Counted from the first letter of the stretch, positions 1 to 8,948 are shown. The stretch is 64,000 nucleotides of DNA from a virus (IMGVR_UViG_3300035390_000014:138720-202719); one strand, 5' to 3'. Made by a program: numbers and translations. Notes: generated by a model not told the origin, from the sequence alone.

Positions 1-631
1 ATATTTAAGTCAGAACGAAAAGAGATTACAGTAAAAATTAATGCTTCCAAACAGCAATACAATACAACAATTTCTTTTGAATTACTGACTTTACATTTTT
101 AAACTATATGAGGTTTGTCGTTTTGAAATATGAAACGAATACTTTAATCAGGATTTGTATTTTGCTATTTTATTGCCCTGGATAATACCGGCCCCCAATG
201 GGACTGCCTGGTTACTGGGCCTGCATAACCCACGCGCGTGGTTGGCACTTTAGATCCTGAAAAAGTAAAAAATAGCTGAAAACGTGGAGACTATCCACTA
301 CTAGATTTGACAACCTAGAAACTAGTACACAGTAAGCTGAGATTGTCAGTCTTAGAATCTGTGCCTCATATTACAATTTTTAGAGAGTTAGAACGAAAAA
401 ATATTCCAGATATACAATATAGGTTCAATCCCTATTTTGGGCTCCAAGCATGCCCATGCTGACAATTGGCTGTCAACTTGTCTTAAACAACAGGTGTAAT
501 AAATAAAATATTTTTTAAATTACTAACTCTTTTATTTAAAATATTCGTCATAACCTTAACCAGTTATGACGAATATTTTTTTGCCGACAATAGGAACGAA
601 TCATTTTAAACGTGAAAAGGAGAAAATCCGA

Positions 632-2239
632 ATGGTTAATTTACCTGTTCGAATTGAAGAAAAATTTGTTAACGCAAATTTAAGAAAAATTGGGCAAGAC
701 ATTGAAACAACTATGTCTTTATTTGGCACTGATATGAACAGAGCTACACATTATAACACCAAAGAAGAGTTAGCAGCTATGAGCGAAAAAGAACATAGAA
801 ATATGTTTTCTATTGATCGTTCAATCTATGGCTGTATTGCTTGTCTACCTGGTACAACTGATATTTCTAAAATGAAAGTTGTTACCAATCTTTTAGGTAT
901 CTCATGGGAGCATGGATCTGATTTTCAAGTCACTACTCCTATTCTTACAATAGAACAGGAAAGATTAATCATTGATCATCTGGTATCAACACTTCCTCCA
1001 AATAGAATGATAAATTTGTTTGCTTCTTTTGAGGATAGTCGAGTTAACAATACCCGTATGAGAAAAACAGTTCTTCCTTTTATTCTTAACTCAGGTAGTC
1101 TTGGGTGGTGGGCAGTTAAGTATAGAAGTAAATTGAAAACTGTATTATCTCATTGTTGGGGTAAAAAGATGACAAGTGTTATTGTTTCTATCATTGGGAA
1201 AAGAGCAAAGACCCAAAAAGAAAATGATATCCTTGATTCCTTTATTGGTAAGTATATTGTTATCGTTGAGAAGACTAAACGTAAGGCTATATTTGAATGT
1301 CTACGTTTTATCTTTTCTGTTGGTGATAATTTTACCAACCATCTTTTTGTAAATTTCCATGCTTCAAAAACTGATTTCTCAAAAGCAAAAGGTTTGCCAA
1401 AAGAAGTAATTGAAGGTATAAGAGCGGCTTATCACCCAACTCTGGATAAAGCTGAAACCTTAAAAGTTGCTGAGTCGTCAATGACTAACAAGGAAAAACG
1501 TTTGGTCCAAAACCAGGCTGTTAAAACTGGAGTTAAAATTGAATGGGACCCTAAGACACAACCATTGGTCGAACTCTTTATATACGGGTTTAAAATGGGG
1601 TTCACCAATGCAATACATGATGCTATTCTACAAAAATCTGATAGAGCTGGTCAAGCATTGCCATTTACCTATGATAAAGTTGGGATCATTTGTGACGATA
1701 GTTTTTCAATGAGTGGTTCTGAAGATCAGAAACTGAAAGCATTGGCTATAAGTTATGCTACAGTTGAAACATTGAAAGGTGTTGGTTCTACGACTCTGGT
1801 GGCATCTACTTCTGGTAGACGTCCATCATATACCAATAGTCCAATGGGTGAATCAAATCTGGCAAAACCTTTACTTAAATTGTTAAAGAGAGATGTAGAT
1901 GTTATCTTTGTTGTATCTGATGGTTATGAAAATGCACCAGAAGGTAGATTTGGAGAAGTGTTGAAAATTGCCAGGGATAAAGCTGGAGTAACAACCCCAG
2001 TATATCATTTTAATCCAGTTGGAGCTGCTGAAAGTAAAGTTGCTGTAAAAAGATTATCTAATGATGTTCCGGTGACTCCGGTGACTAATCCAGAGAAAAT
2101 GGGTCTTTCATTATTTAAGACAATGATAGCAGCTGATCCAAAACAAGGGATTGTTAGATTGTTTAACATGGTTCTTCCAGAATTGGAAAAGACTAAACTA
2201 TTATACTCTCGGGTTAACCTAGAAGCTATAAGCGAATAA
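632..2239 (+). CDS. vWA (MIDAS) domain protein, TROVE/Ro60-like architecture
   Basis: C-terminal vWA motif GIICDDSFSMSGS and VIFVVSDGYENAP after a long helical N-terminal region. Start moved from 566 to ATG 632 because an AAGGAG RBS lies upstream. TROVE relationship is inferred. Confidence 0.6.
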   Translation: MVNLPVRIEEKFVNANLRKIGQDIETTMSLFGTDMNRATHYNTKEELAAMSEKEHRNMFSIDRSIYGCIACLPGTTDISKMKVVTNLLGISWEHGSDFQVTTPILTIEQERLIIDHLVSTLPPNRMINLFASFEDSRVNNTRMRKTVLPFILNSGSLGWWAVKYRSKLKTVLSHCWGKKMTSVIVSIIGKRAKTQKENDILDSFIGKYIVIVEKTKRKAIFECLRFIFSVGDNFTNHLFVNFHASKTDFSKAKGLPKEVIEGIRAAYHPTLDKAETLKVAESSMTNKEKRLVQNQAVKTGVKIEWDPKTQPLVELFIYGFKMGFTNAIHDAILQKSDRAGQALPFTYDKVGIICDDSFSMSGSEDQKLKALAISYATVETLKGVGSTTLVASTSGRRPSYTNSPMGESNLAKPLLKLLKRDVDVIFVVSDGYENAPEGRFGEVLKIARDKAGVTTPVYHFNPVGAAESKVAVKRLSNDVPVTPVTNPEKMGLSLFKTMIAADPKQGIVRLFNMVLPELEKTKLLYSRVNLEAISE

Positions 2240-2249
2240 GGAGAATAAA

Positions 2250-3275
2250 ATGGAAATTACAATTGCAGAAGTGTTGAAAGGATGTACTCCTGGTCGTATG
2301 CAAAGCGCTGGGTATATGCAGATGGTTCCATTACTATCTGAACCTGATATGATTGATAAAAGATTTGGAGCATTTACTGGAATACTATCAAGTACCCATG
2401 ATTATGGAACAGTTCATTTAGAAAATAAAGAAGACTTTCCAACAATCATGCCCATGGGAACTGCTATTTTAACTACACAAAGTGCTCAGAATCATGCTCT
2501 TGGTAAAGTTAAATTAATGACCAGAATGTCCGAATCAAATATTGATACAGCAGCTTGTATCCAGGATACTCAGGGTGGGATCATTAGAAGCGGTGTTCAT
2601 AGTTTATCAATCCTCCCATATTCAATTCGTGAGAAAGCGTTGGAAATAAAGGATAAGAGAGGTTATAGTAAACTATGGCCTGCTATCAAAGTATTTAATG
2701 AGGAAGTTGGGATTGAAGAAGGTAACTACCGTTCCATGGGTCATCTTGAACATTACCTGGAAACATTTGGTGATAAGCTTGACGAGTTCATTGGTCAGTT
2801 TGAAATTGTTCCAAATCAAGTCGGAGCAATTATTTTGTTAAATGGTCAAATTGCTGGTGTTGAAAGAGCACCCAATTATGATTTCTGGAAAGAATTGTGG
2901 AAACCATTGATTCGTGAATGTTATGGTTCTGCATCTTTGGTATTTGCTAAGAAAGGTGAGAAACCTTCACCACCACTTGGAAGAATGCCGATTAATGATC
3001 ACTTGGTTAAAAACATTGATGATCTTGAAACTGAATATAATAAGGCTGAAAAACATGAAGAAGATACTGTAAAGAATCTTATTCGGAATTTTATTCAGCA
3101 ACCATTTACTGCCACTCGGGAAGAAAATGAACCCAATGGTACTATTTGTGTGGATCATCTTAGTGGTGGTCAATTCACTGGACAGATTGTTAGAGACAGC
3201 GCATTTGTTGTTTATGCCAGTCTGGTTCCAGATAAGAATGCTCGATTTAATACAGCAGCAGCATTTACAATTTAA
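2250..3275 (+). CDS. ARPP-1/DUF6569-like protein
   Basis: AAGGAG RBS, directly after the vWA gene. Motifs GRMQSAGYMQMVPL, ACIQDTQGG and QVGAIILLNGQIAGVE recalled as this family; not verified by search. Confidence 0.45.
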   Translation: MEITIAEVLKGCTPGRMQSAGYMQMVPLLSEPDMIDKRFGAFTGILSSTHDYGTVHLENKEDFPTIMPMGTAILTTQSAQNHALGKVKLMTRMSESNIDTAACIQDTQGGIIRSGVHSLSILPYSIREKALEIKDKRGYSKLWPAIKVFNEEVGIEEGNYRSMGHLEHYLETFGDKLDEFIGQFEIVPNQVGAIILLNGQIAGVERAPNYDFWKELWKPLIRECYGSASLVFAKKGEKPSPPLGRMPINDHLVKNIDDLETEYNKAEKHEEDTVKNLIRNFIQQPFTATREENEPNGTICVDHLSGGQFTGQIVRDSAFVVYASLVPDKNARFNTAAAFTI

Positions 3276-3277
3276 TA

Positions 3278-3426
3278 ATATGCCTACCTAACACAGTAAT
3301 TGGTGAGGGTGAAAGCGTCCCGTGGAGGGAACAATGCTAATTGTCGGCAGGGTTCGACCCCCGATAAAAGCGACCGGAGCGAGCATAAAGCGGAGGTCAT
3401 AAACGCAGATCATGCAAAAGGCATAT
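3278..3426 (+). ncRNA. candidate structured ncRNA, family unknown
   Basis: GC-rich non-coding island whose ends pair (ATATGCCT/AGGCATAT), with internal hairpins; a terminator follows. Confidence 0.45.
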
Positions 3427-3479
3427 AGTTGGGGTGGTGATATTAATTTATCATCATCCCAACTAACTATTTTTTTTTT
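3426..3479 (+). terminator. intrinsic terminator
   Basis: TAGTTGGGGTGGTGATA...TATCATCATCCCAACTA stem followed by a long T run. Confidence 0.7.
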
Positions 3480-3507
3480 GTATTCTTTTTTATAAAAAAG
3501 GTGATGT

Positions 3508-3687
3508 ATGAAATATTTTGAAGATGATGGTAAACCAGTTAAATGTCATAAATGTGGAAGTGAAAAAATTAAATTAACAACTAAAGATATGATTGATAAT
3601 ATGGTATGTGAAGTTGAATATTCATGTGGTGATTGTGGAACATATCTTGCATATTGGTCATATGGATATTTTGAAACGGATTGTTAA
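3508..3687 (+). CDS. small Zn-ribbon protein (59 aa, below the ORF-track cutoff)
   Basis: Manual translation MKYFEDDGKPVKCHKCGS...CGDCGTYLAYWSYGYFETDC; AAGGTGA RBS. Confidence 0.65.
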   Translation: MKYFEDDGKPVKCHKCGSEKIKLTTKDMIDNMVCEVEYSCGDCGTYLAYWSYGYFETDC

Positions 3688-3701
3688 TTTTAAATACAAA
3701 T

Positions 3702-3717
3702 AGAACATATTATAAAT
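3702..3717 (+). promoter_or_regulatory. phage promoter motif AGAACATATTATAAAT (T4-late-like TATAAAT core)
   Basis: Exact motif immediately before tRNA-Val; many further copies in the window. Confidence 0.7.
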
Positions 3718-3793
3718 GGTCCCATAGCTCAGTGTGTAGAGCATCTGGCTTACATCCAGAATGTCCCTAGTTCAAATCTAGGTGGGATCACCA
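3718..3793 (+). tRNA. tRNA-Val(TAC)
   Basis: Acceptor GGTCCCA/TGGGATC, anticodon arm TCTGG-CTTACAT-CCAGA, T-loop TTCAAAT, encoded CCA. Confidence 0.9.
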
Positions 3794-3814
3794 AAACCAA
3801 TAAGGAAAAATGAA

Positions 3815-4255
3815 ATGATTGAATCTAAACTAGTGAAAATTAAGAAATTACATAAAGATGCTATTATACCAAAATATCAAACAATAGGTTCTGCTGGATT
3901 TGATTTAAGTTCTATTATTGATTGTAAACTTTTTCCAAATCAACAAGAGTTAATCCCAACAGGACTTTCCGTTGAAATCCCATTAGGGACTGAATTACAA
4001 ATTAGACCTAGAAGTGGACTTGCTAAAAATTCTATGATATCAATAACTAATTCACCAGGTACATTAGATTCAGACTATAGAGGTCCTATAGGAATCATTC
4101 TTATAAATCATAGTCCTTTTGTTTTTGAAATAAAGAAAGGTGATAGAGTAGCTCAAGCAGTATTATGTCCAGTGTATCAAGCTAACTTTGAAGTTGTTGA
4201 TGAACTCTCAAACACAGACCGTGGAGAAAACGGTTATGGAAGCACTGGTAAATAA
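3815..4255 (+). CDS. dut: dUTPase (trimeric)
   Basis: GSAGFDL, QIRPRSGLA, PGTLDSDYRG, GDRVAQ, RGENGYGSTG motifs. Start moved to 3815 because the ORF-track start lies inside the tRNA. Confidence 0.95.
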   Translation: MIESKLVKIKKLHKDAIIPKYQTIGSAGFDLSSIIDCKLFPNQQELIPTGLSVEIPLGTELQIRPRSGLAKNSMISITNSPGTLDSDYRGPIGIILINHSPFVFEIKKGDRVAQAVLCPVYQANFEVVDELSNTDRGENGYGSTGK

Positions 4256-4329
4256 CACTCTTTTTTAGAACAAATTATAAATGGTTATAGGCCCGAATTA
4301 AATTTATAATTTGTTTAAGGGAGCGTTAA

Positions 4330-4638
4330 ATGGCTAAAATTGGTAAAAAACGTCTAACTGGAACTAAGTTAAGAGATTACAATTTTATTCACTCACAAAA
4401 AAGAGCAAGACAAAGATATAATTTAGTTATATCTAGATCTAATTATGAACAGCTCTGTACGGAGATAAAACAAAAAAAATTTGTATCTCTAACGCGCACC
4501 TATAAAAAGAGTTATCAAGAAGTATACAAAGTTAAGTTTAAAAATACAACCTTGTATGTATTATATAAAGAAGATGGTAATAGAATAACAACAATGTTAC
4601 CTTTTCAAAGATTTGAAAGATTAAAAAAAGAAGCATAA
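4330..4638 (+). CDS. hypothetical basic protein
   Basis: AAGGGAG RBS; promoter motif at 4267-4282. Confidence 0.6.
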   Translation: MAKIGKKRLTGTKLRDYNFIHSQKRARQRYNLVISRSNYEQLCTEIKQKKFVSLTRTYKKSYQEVYKVKFKNTTLYVLYKEDGNRITTMLPFQRFERLKKEA

Positions 4639-4644
4639 TTAAAT

Positions 4645-4727
4645 GCAGAAGTCGGTCAACGGTAGATCACCTGCCTTCCAAGCAGGCGCTTTAAGCATTG
4701 CGGGTTCGATTCCCGTCTTCTGCTCCA
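4645..4727 (+). tRNA. tRNA-Gly(TCC) with extended variable region
   Basis: Acceptor GCAGAAG/CTTCTGC, anticodon arm CCTGC-CTTCCAA-GCAGG, 13-nt variable region, T-loop TTCGATT, CCA. Confidence 0.85.
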
Positions 4728-4746
4728 AAATAAAGATGAGGTCGAT

Positions 4747-4959
4747 ATGAAATTTGAATTAATTGGTGATGAACTAAGATCATTTCAACAATGGAATAGT
4801 GAACATAAGAAAGTATGTAAATTAATAAACGGTGAAAATCAGCCTGCTATTGGCGGTCGTCTAACATTTTCATTTACTCCAACTGGTTTAGGTCCAGCGA
4901 TCAGTGTAAAATGCGCTTGTGGTGAGATGCATAATTGCACTAATTATGATTCCTGGTAG
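4747..4959 (+). CDS. hypothetical protein
   Basis: GAGGT RBS; FSFTPTGLG...CACG motif. Confidence 0.65.
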   Translation: MKFELIGDELRSFQQWNSEHKKVCKLINGENQPAIGGRLTFSFTPTGLGPAISVKCACGEMHNCTNYDSW

Positions 4960-5023
4960 TAAACTATATATATTAATATACATAATATAATAAGTATTTG
5001 TATATTAATTAAAGGAGATTAAT

Positions 5024-5935
5024 ATGAAAAGACAAGCGTTAGTAGATCAATTCAAAAAGGTTGGATTGGTGCTAAAAATTACCAATGGTCCGATTGGTAG
5101 AACAACAAATGATGATATCTTTCAAATGGACGTTGGTCGTAAGGTCACTGGAACAAGACGTATTGAATGGTTTGAAATCTGGCCTGGTCATGATGATAAC
5201 AAAATTCAAATTCTTGATATTGACAATAAACTTAATCAGGTTCTTCTTTTGGTTCATGAACCTGAAAGAATTTTTGAAACAGAAGAGAAAAAGCAAACTG
5301 GAAAATGGAGAGATACTCCAGAAGAAAGAAAACAATGGTTTGAAAACAATAGAGTTAAATATCGTGAAACTGAAACTCATTTCTATATCATTGAAAAATC
5401 TCCATCTTTTGTTAGGCATTTTCTCATGGGTGTTGATGAACGTCAACTTTTTGTTGCTCAACTCATTAATGGAACAACATCTATTAATGAGGCAAGAAAA
5501 CAATTAGGAAGTAGTGTTAAGTTTCATGAAGGTGTTAGAAAAATGTCACCTAAACGTCAAGGTGAATGGTTCTTTCTTAGAGCAACCAGAAAACAAGAAG
5601 ACTTGATTGATTTGTTAATTCAAAAAAATAAAGCATGGATTGTTAAAAAAGCCAATATTGGTGCTTATTCAGGTAAGCCAAGAGGTAATCCACATGTTGC
5701 TGATGAATTAGTTGTAATTAATGTTCATCCTGAATCTCTTGAAAGACTTGGTTGGTCTAAAAATAAACGTAAGAGAAATCCTAGAAGAGGAATTCCTATT
5801 AGAACAACCCAGGTTTATGTTCGTGGTGCCATTAGGCATATTGATCATAAAACTATTAAGTATTCTCATTGGTATCAGGTTGTTCTTAACAACGAAGGTA
5901 ATACTGAAAGTGCTACTCAAAGCTGGATAGATTAA
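5024..5935 (+). CDS. hypothetical phage protein
   Basis: 303 aa ORF with AAGGAG RBS; no function recognised. Confidence 0.75.
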   Translation: MKRQALVDQFKKVGLVLKITNGPIGRTTNDDIFQMDVGRKVTGTRRIEWFEIWPGHDDNKIQILDIDNKLNQVLLLVHEPERIFETEEKKQTGKWRDTPEERKQWFENNRVKYRETETHFYIIEKSPSFVRHFLMGVDERQLFVAQLINGTTSINEARKQLGSSVKFHEGVRKMSPKRQGEWFFLRATRKQEDLIDLLIQKNKAWIVKKANIGAYSGKPRGNPHVADELVVINVHPESLERLGWSKNKRKRNPRRGIPIRTTQVYVRGAIRHIDHKTIKYSHWYQVVLNNEGNTESATQSWID

Positions 5936-5943
5936 ATTAAATA

Positions 5944-6018
5944 GGTGGTATGGTCCGAGAGGCTAGGCACTGGATTGCAAATCCAGATACGTGGGTTCGA
6001 CTCCCTCTACCACCTCCA
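5944..6018 (+). tRNA. tRNA-Cys(GCA)
   Basis: Acceptor GGTGGTA/TACCACC, U73 discriminator, anticodon arm CTGGA-TTGCAAA-TCCAG, CCA. Confidence 0.9.
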
Positions 6019-6030
6019 ATTAAAAGGTGA

Positions 6031-6630
6031 ATGATGAAATCTCAAGTAATGGAATCGTTGGATTTAAAGATTACTGGACATTTGAATTTATTTAAACTAA
6101 CGTATGAGAATAAGAATGGGGATATAAAACCTTGGTTATTGGCATCCAGAAAAAGTGTGCCTAAAGTAATGTCAAGAGATTTTTCTCCGGATGCAGTTGT
6201 TATAATGGCTATGGTGAAAGAAACGCTTGAGTATGTTATTCTTAGAGAGTATCGACCAAGTGTTGATGGGGTAATGATTGAATTTCCAGCCGGGAAAATT
6301 GATCCTGGTGAATCAATTGAGGATGCTGTTAGAAGAGAATTAAAAGAAGAAACAGGGTTTGACTTAGTAGGAATAACACATCAAAGTCCGCCCTTATATT
6401 CATCCTCAGGAATGACAGATGAATCAATAGTGTTTGTTAAATGTATGTGTGAAGGCGAACTCTCAATAGACGGTCTTGAGGAATCAGAAGAGATTCAACC
6501 TTTTACATGTAGTCCTCTTTATCTTCAAGAACTCCTACATGAAGAAAATGTTTTCTATGATGTTAGGTTGTGGATGGCACTTAATACTATTGATATACCA
6601 AGGAACATTACAGGGGTTAGAAATAGATAA
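6031..6630 (+). CDS. Nudix hydrolase (ADP-ribose pyrophosphatase-like)
   Basis: Nudix box EFPAGKIDPGESIEDAVRRELKEETG; upstream REYRP and downstream SSSGMTDE are typical of the ADPR-PPase subfamily. Confidence 0.85.
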   Translation: MMKSQVMESLDLKITGHLNLFKLTYENKNGDIKPWLLASRKSVPKVMSRDFSPDAVVIMAMVKETLEYVILREYRPSVDGVMIEFPAGKIDPGESIEDAVRRELKEETGFDLVGITHQSPPLYSSSGMTDESIVFVKCMCEGELSIDGLEESEEIQPFTCSPLYLQELLHEENVFYDVRLWMALNTIDIPRNITGVRNR

Positions 6631-6807
6631 AAAAGAATAAAAAAGGGTTGCTCATTTAGGACTCTTTTTTTTTTGTATAAATTTTGTGAGATAGAAACAT
6701 AAACATATAGAACATATTATAAATGATAGAGTCGACTATAAAATAAATAAATTACCATATCTGAGTTGGTCGCAGATTCAAGGTATTAAATTAAGGAAAT
6801 AAGTAAC

Positions 6808-7008
6808 ATGGCACAAGGAACAGTAAAATGGTTTAACGACGAAAAGGGTTTTGGATTCATTGAAAGAGATGGAGCTCCAGATGTATTTGTACATTATTCA
6901 GAAATTCAGAGTAATGGTTTTAAAAAATTAGAAGAAGGCGATAAGGTCTCTTTTGATGTAGAAGAAGGTACAAAAGGTCCACAGGCTAAGAATGTAATCA
7001 AATCTTAA
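6808..7008 (+). CDS. cspA: cold-shock protein
   Basis: [24 protein letters not shown] and KGPQAKNV motifs. Confidence 0.97.
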   Translation: MAQGTVKWFNDEKGFGFIERDGAPDVFVHYSEIQSNGFKKLEEGDKVSFDVEEGTKGPQAKNVIKS

Positions 7009-7017
7009 AGGTGAATC

Positions 7018-7263
7018 ATGGGTGATTGGAGTGTTCCAATATCAATAATAGCGTTATATATTGCTATGTTTATATTTGCAATATTGTGGTTTGAAGAAAT
7101 TTTAAAAATTAAATTTTATTGTCAACTTTATTTAACAATAACTTGTACTGCAATACTTTGGTGTTTTTATTTAGGAAGCAAAAGTTATACAATAATTTAT
7201 TCTTCAAATAAAGATGAAGCAGGTGTTAAACGATTTATAGAATTTCCAATCATCTGGATGTAA
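7018..7263 (+). CDS. small membrane protein
   Basis: Two hydrophobic segments. Confidence 0.55.
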   Translation: MGDWSVPISIIALYIAMFIFAILWFEEILKIKFYCQLYLTITCTAILWCFYLGSKSYTIIYSSNKDEAGVKRFIEFPIIWM

Positions 7264-7265
7264 TA

Positions 7266-7371
7266 TGTAATATACAACCACGTTGAGGGATGAAAGATTC
7301 CCAAAGTTGAAATCCTTAGGGAGACGAGATATCAATGAACCCTTTGAAGTAAGTAAACTACGTGGTTTACA
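7266..7371 (+). ncRNA. candidate structured ncRNA
   Basis: Terminal stem AACCACGT/ACGTGGTT (7276-7283 with 7360-7367); internal GAGGGATGAAAGATTCCC hairpin. Confidence 0.35.
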
Positions 7372-7433
7372 CATTAGAAATTTTCTTTGACATATAGAAC
7401 ATATTATAAATGATGAATTTATATAGGTGATAT

Positions 7434-7931
7434 ATGTATGAATGTTATAAATGTGGAAGAGAATTTAGTAAAGCTGAGGGGTTATCCAAACATGTAAAAT
7501 CATGTGTTGGTAAAAGGTATTGTAAACAGTGTGGCATAGAAACAAAAAATCCAAAATTTTGCTCATCTAGTTGCGCTGAAACTTATAACAATACTCAGTA
7601 TTTATTAGAAACAAAAAAAGAAGAGGCAGTATCTTATGAACTATCTGCTAAACCTTATTTTGAATTATCAATACATGACAGAAAAGAAATTTTATGGCTT
7701 GAACAAAAGCACAAATGTTTGACTTGTGAATTTGATTTGTATGATCCTATAAATGTACCATATGAAATATATCATGTAGATGGTAATGATACTAATAAAC
7801 AAAGATCTAATGAACAATTGTTATGTTGCAATTGTTATAATATGAAACCAAATTATAGATTCAAAGGTATAAAGCATACTAAAGAATCTAAAAAAATAAA
7901 GAAAAAGATGTTAACAATTATGCCCCTATAG
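7434..7931 (+). CDS. Zn-finger plus degenerate HNH endonuclease (free-standing homing endonuclease-like)
   Basis: CYKC..HVKSC finger; CLTC...YHVDGNDTNKQRSNEQLLCCNC; promoter motif at 7396-7411; stop codon lies inside the next tRNA. Confidence 0.7.
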   Translation: MYECYKCGREFSKAEGLSKHVKSCVGKRYCKQCGIETKNPKFCSSSCAETYNNTQYLLETKKEEAVSYELSAKPYFELSIHDRKEILWLEQKHKCLTCEFDLYDPINVPYEIYHVDGNDTNKQRSNEQLLCCNCYNMKPNYRFKGIKHTKESKKIKKKMLTIMPL

Positions 7932-7996
7932 CTCAGCGAAAAGAGCATGAGGTTTCTACCCTCTGTGCGCAGGTTTGATTCCTGCTAGGGGTTCCA
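7922..7996 (+). tRNA. tRNA-Arg(TCT), somewhat non-canonical
   Basis: Acceptor GCCCCTA/TAGGGGT, anticodon loop TTTCTAC, T-loop TTTGATT instead of TTCGATT, CCA. Confidence 0.65.
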
Positions 7997-8013
7997 TTTT
8001 TAAAAGGTAGATT

Positions 8014-8217
8014 ATGAATAAGATAACAGTTTTATATTGGATAGGATATAATTATTCAGATATAAATATAGACCATGAACAATCATATGACTATTCAGAA
8101 AAAACAAAAAATGAACTTATCAATCTATTTTTAGGTCACGGTCATCATGTAATGTTACAACAACGAGATGAAACATTATTAATATCAATAGATGATCGTC
8201 AATTTAAACAAAGATAA
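8014..8217 (+). CDS. hypothetical protein
   Basis: ORF track; AAGGTAG RBS. Confidence 0.55.
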   Translation: MNKITVLYWIGYNYSDINIDHEQSYDYSEKTKNELINLFLGHGHHVMLQQRDETLLISIDDRQFKQR

Positions 8218-8229
8218 AAGGAGGTCAAC

Positions 8230-8283
8230 ATGAAAAAAATGTATTGGAAAGGTAACTGGGCATAGGTAAATAGACCACCCTAA
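8230..8283 (+). promoter_or_regulatory. leader peptide MKKMYWKGNWA(TAG)VNRPP-stop
   Basis: Strong AAAGGAGGT RBS; in-frame TAG at 8263-8265, then GTA AAT AGA CCA CCC TAA. Confidence 0.55.
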
Positions 8284-8356
8284 TACAAAGTATAATTTAT
8301 ATTAACGACTAAAATCTAGTTAAAACAAATTATATTTATTATTAGGAGAACTACAA

Positions 8357-8686
8357 ATGACTTTCAAAGAATTAAAAAACAGTATCAAAAAACAATTAAA
8401 AGAAACAGCTAACACTATTCGTATTTTAAAAGCAGCAAGAAAACCTCATGTCTATAATAGCAACCCTGCATTATATGATAAGTTAGGTGATCTAGATTCA
8501 CTCAGGTATAGTATAAGACATAAACACATTGCTTATTGCATGTTTTTCAATGGAACTGAATATGGTGATATTGAAAGAAAATGTAATGAGAGTCCATACA
8601 TTGGTAGAATTGATCAGTATAAAAAAGAATGGTCTTATATTGTGGAGGCGAATCAAGATGCAAAAACTGTACGTGATAGTGCGTAA
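8357..8686 (+). CDS. hypothetical protein overlapping the Pth2-like gene
   Basis: AGGAG RBS; RHKHIAYC motif. Confidence 0.7.
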   Translation: MTFKELKNSIKKQLKETANTIRILKAARKPHVYNSNPALYDKLGDLDSLRYSIRHKHIAYCMFFNGTEYGDIERKCNESPYIGRIDQYKKEWSYIVEANQDAKTVRDSA

Positions 8687-8948
8687 GGATCTAAGTCCTT
8701 CACAAATAGCTGTTCAAGCAGGTCACGCAGTAGCAGAATATTTAGTTAATGATTCAAAGACTTGGAAAAATGAGATCCTAATTTATTTGGGAGTTCCTGG
8801 TCTTAGACAGTTACATAGATGGATGATGAAACTTGATAATCAAGATGTTAAATATACTGCATGGCGAGAACCTGATATTAATAATGAAGTGACAGCAATA
8901 GCAAGCACTGGTTCAAGTGAATTTTTTAAAACATTGAACCTATTATAA
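8658..8948 (+). CDS. peptidyl-tRNA hydrolase type 2 (Pth2)-like protein
   Basis: KLYVIVRKDL, AVQAGHAVAEY and WREPDINNEVTAIA motifs. Start moved to ATG 8658 (GGAGG RBS). Confidence 0.75.
   Translation: MQKLYVIVRKDLSPSQIAVQAGHAVAEYLVNDSKTWKNEILIYLGVPGLRQLHRWMMKLDNQDVKYTAWREPDINNEVTAIASTGSSEFFKTLNLL

Noticed and set aside
276-360. Group I intron core (AACGTGGAGACTA resembles the R element)
   Set aside because: No matching S element or interrupted exon could be found; retained only as part of the unexplained leader.
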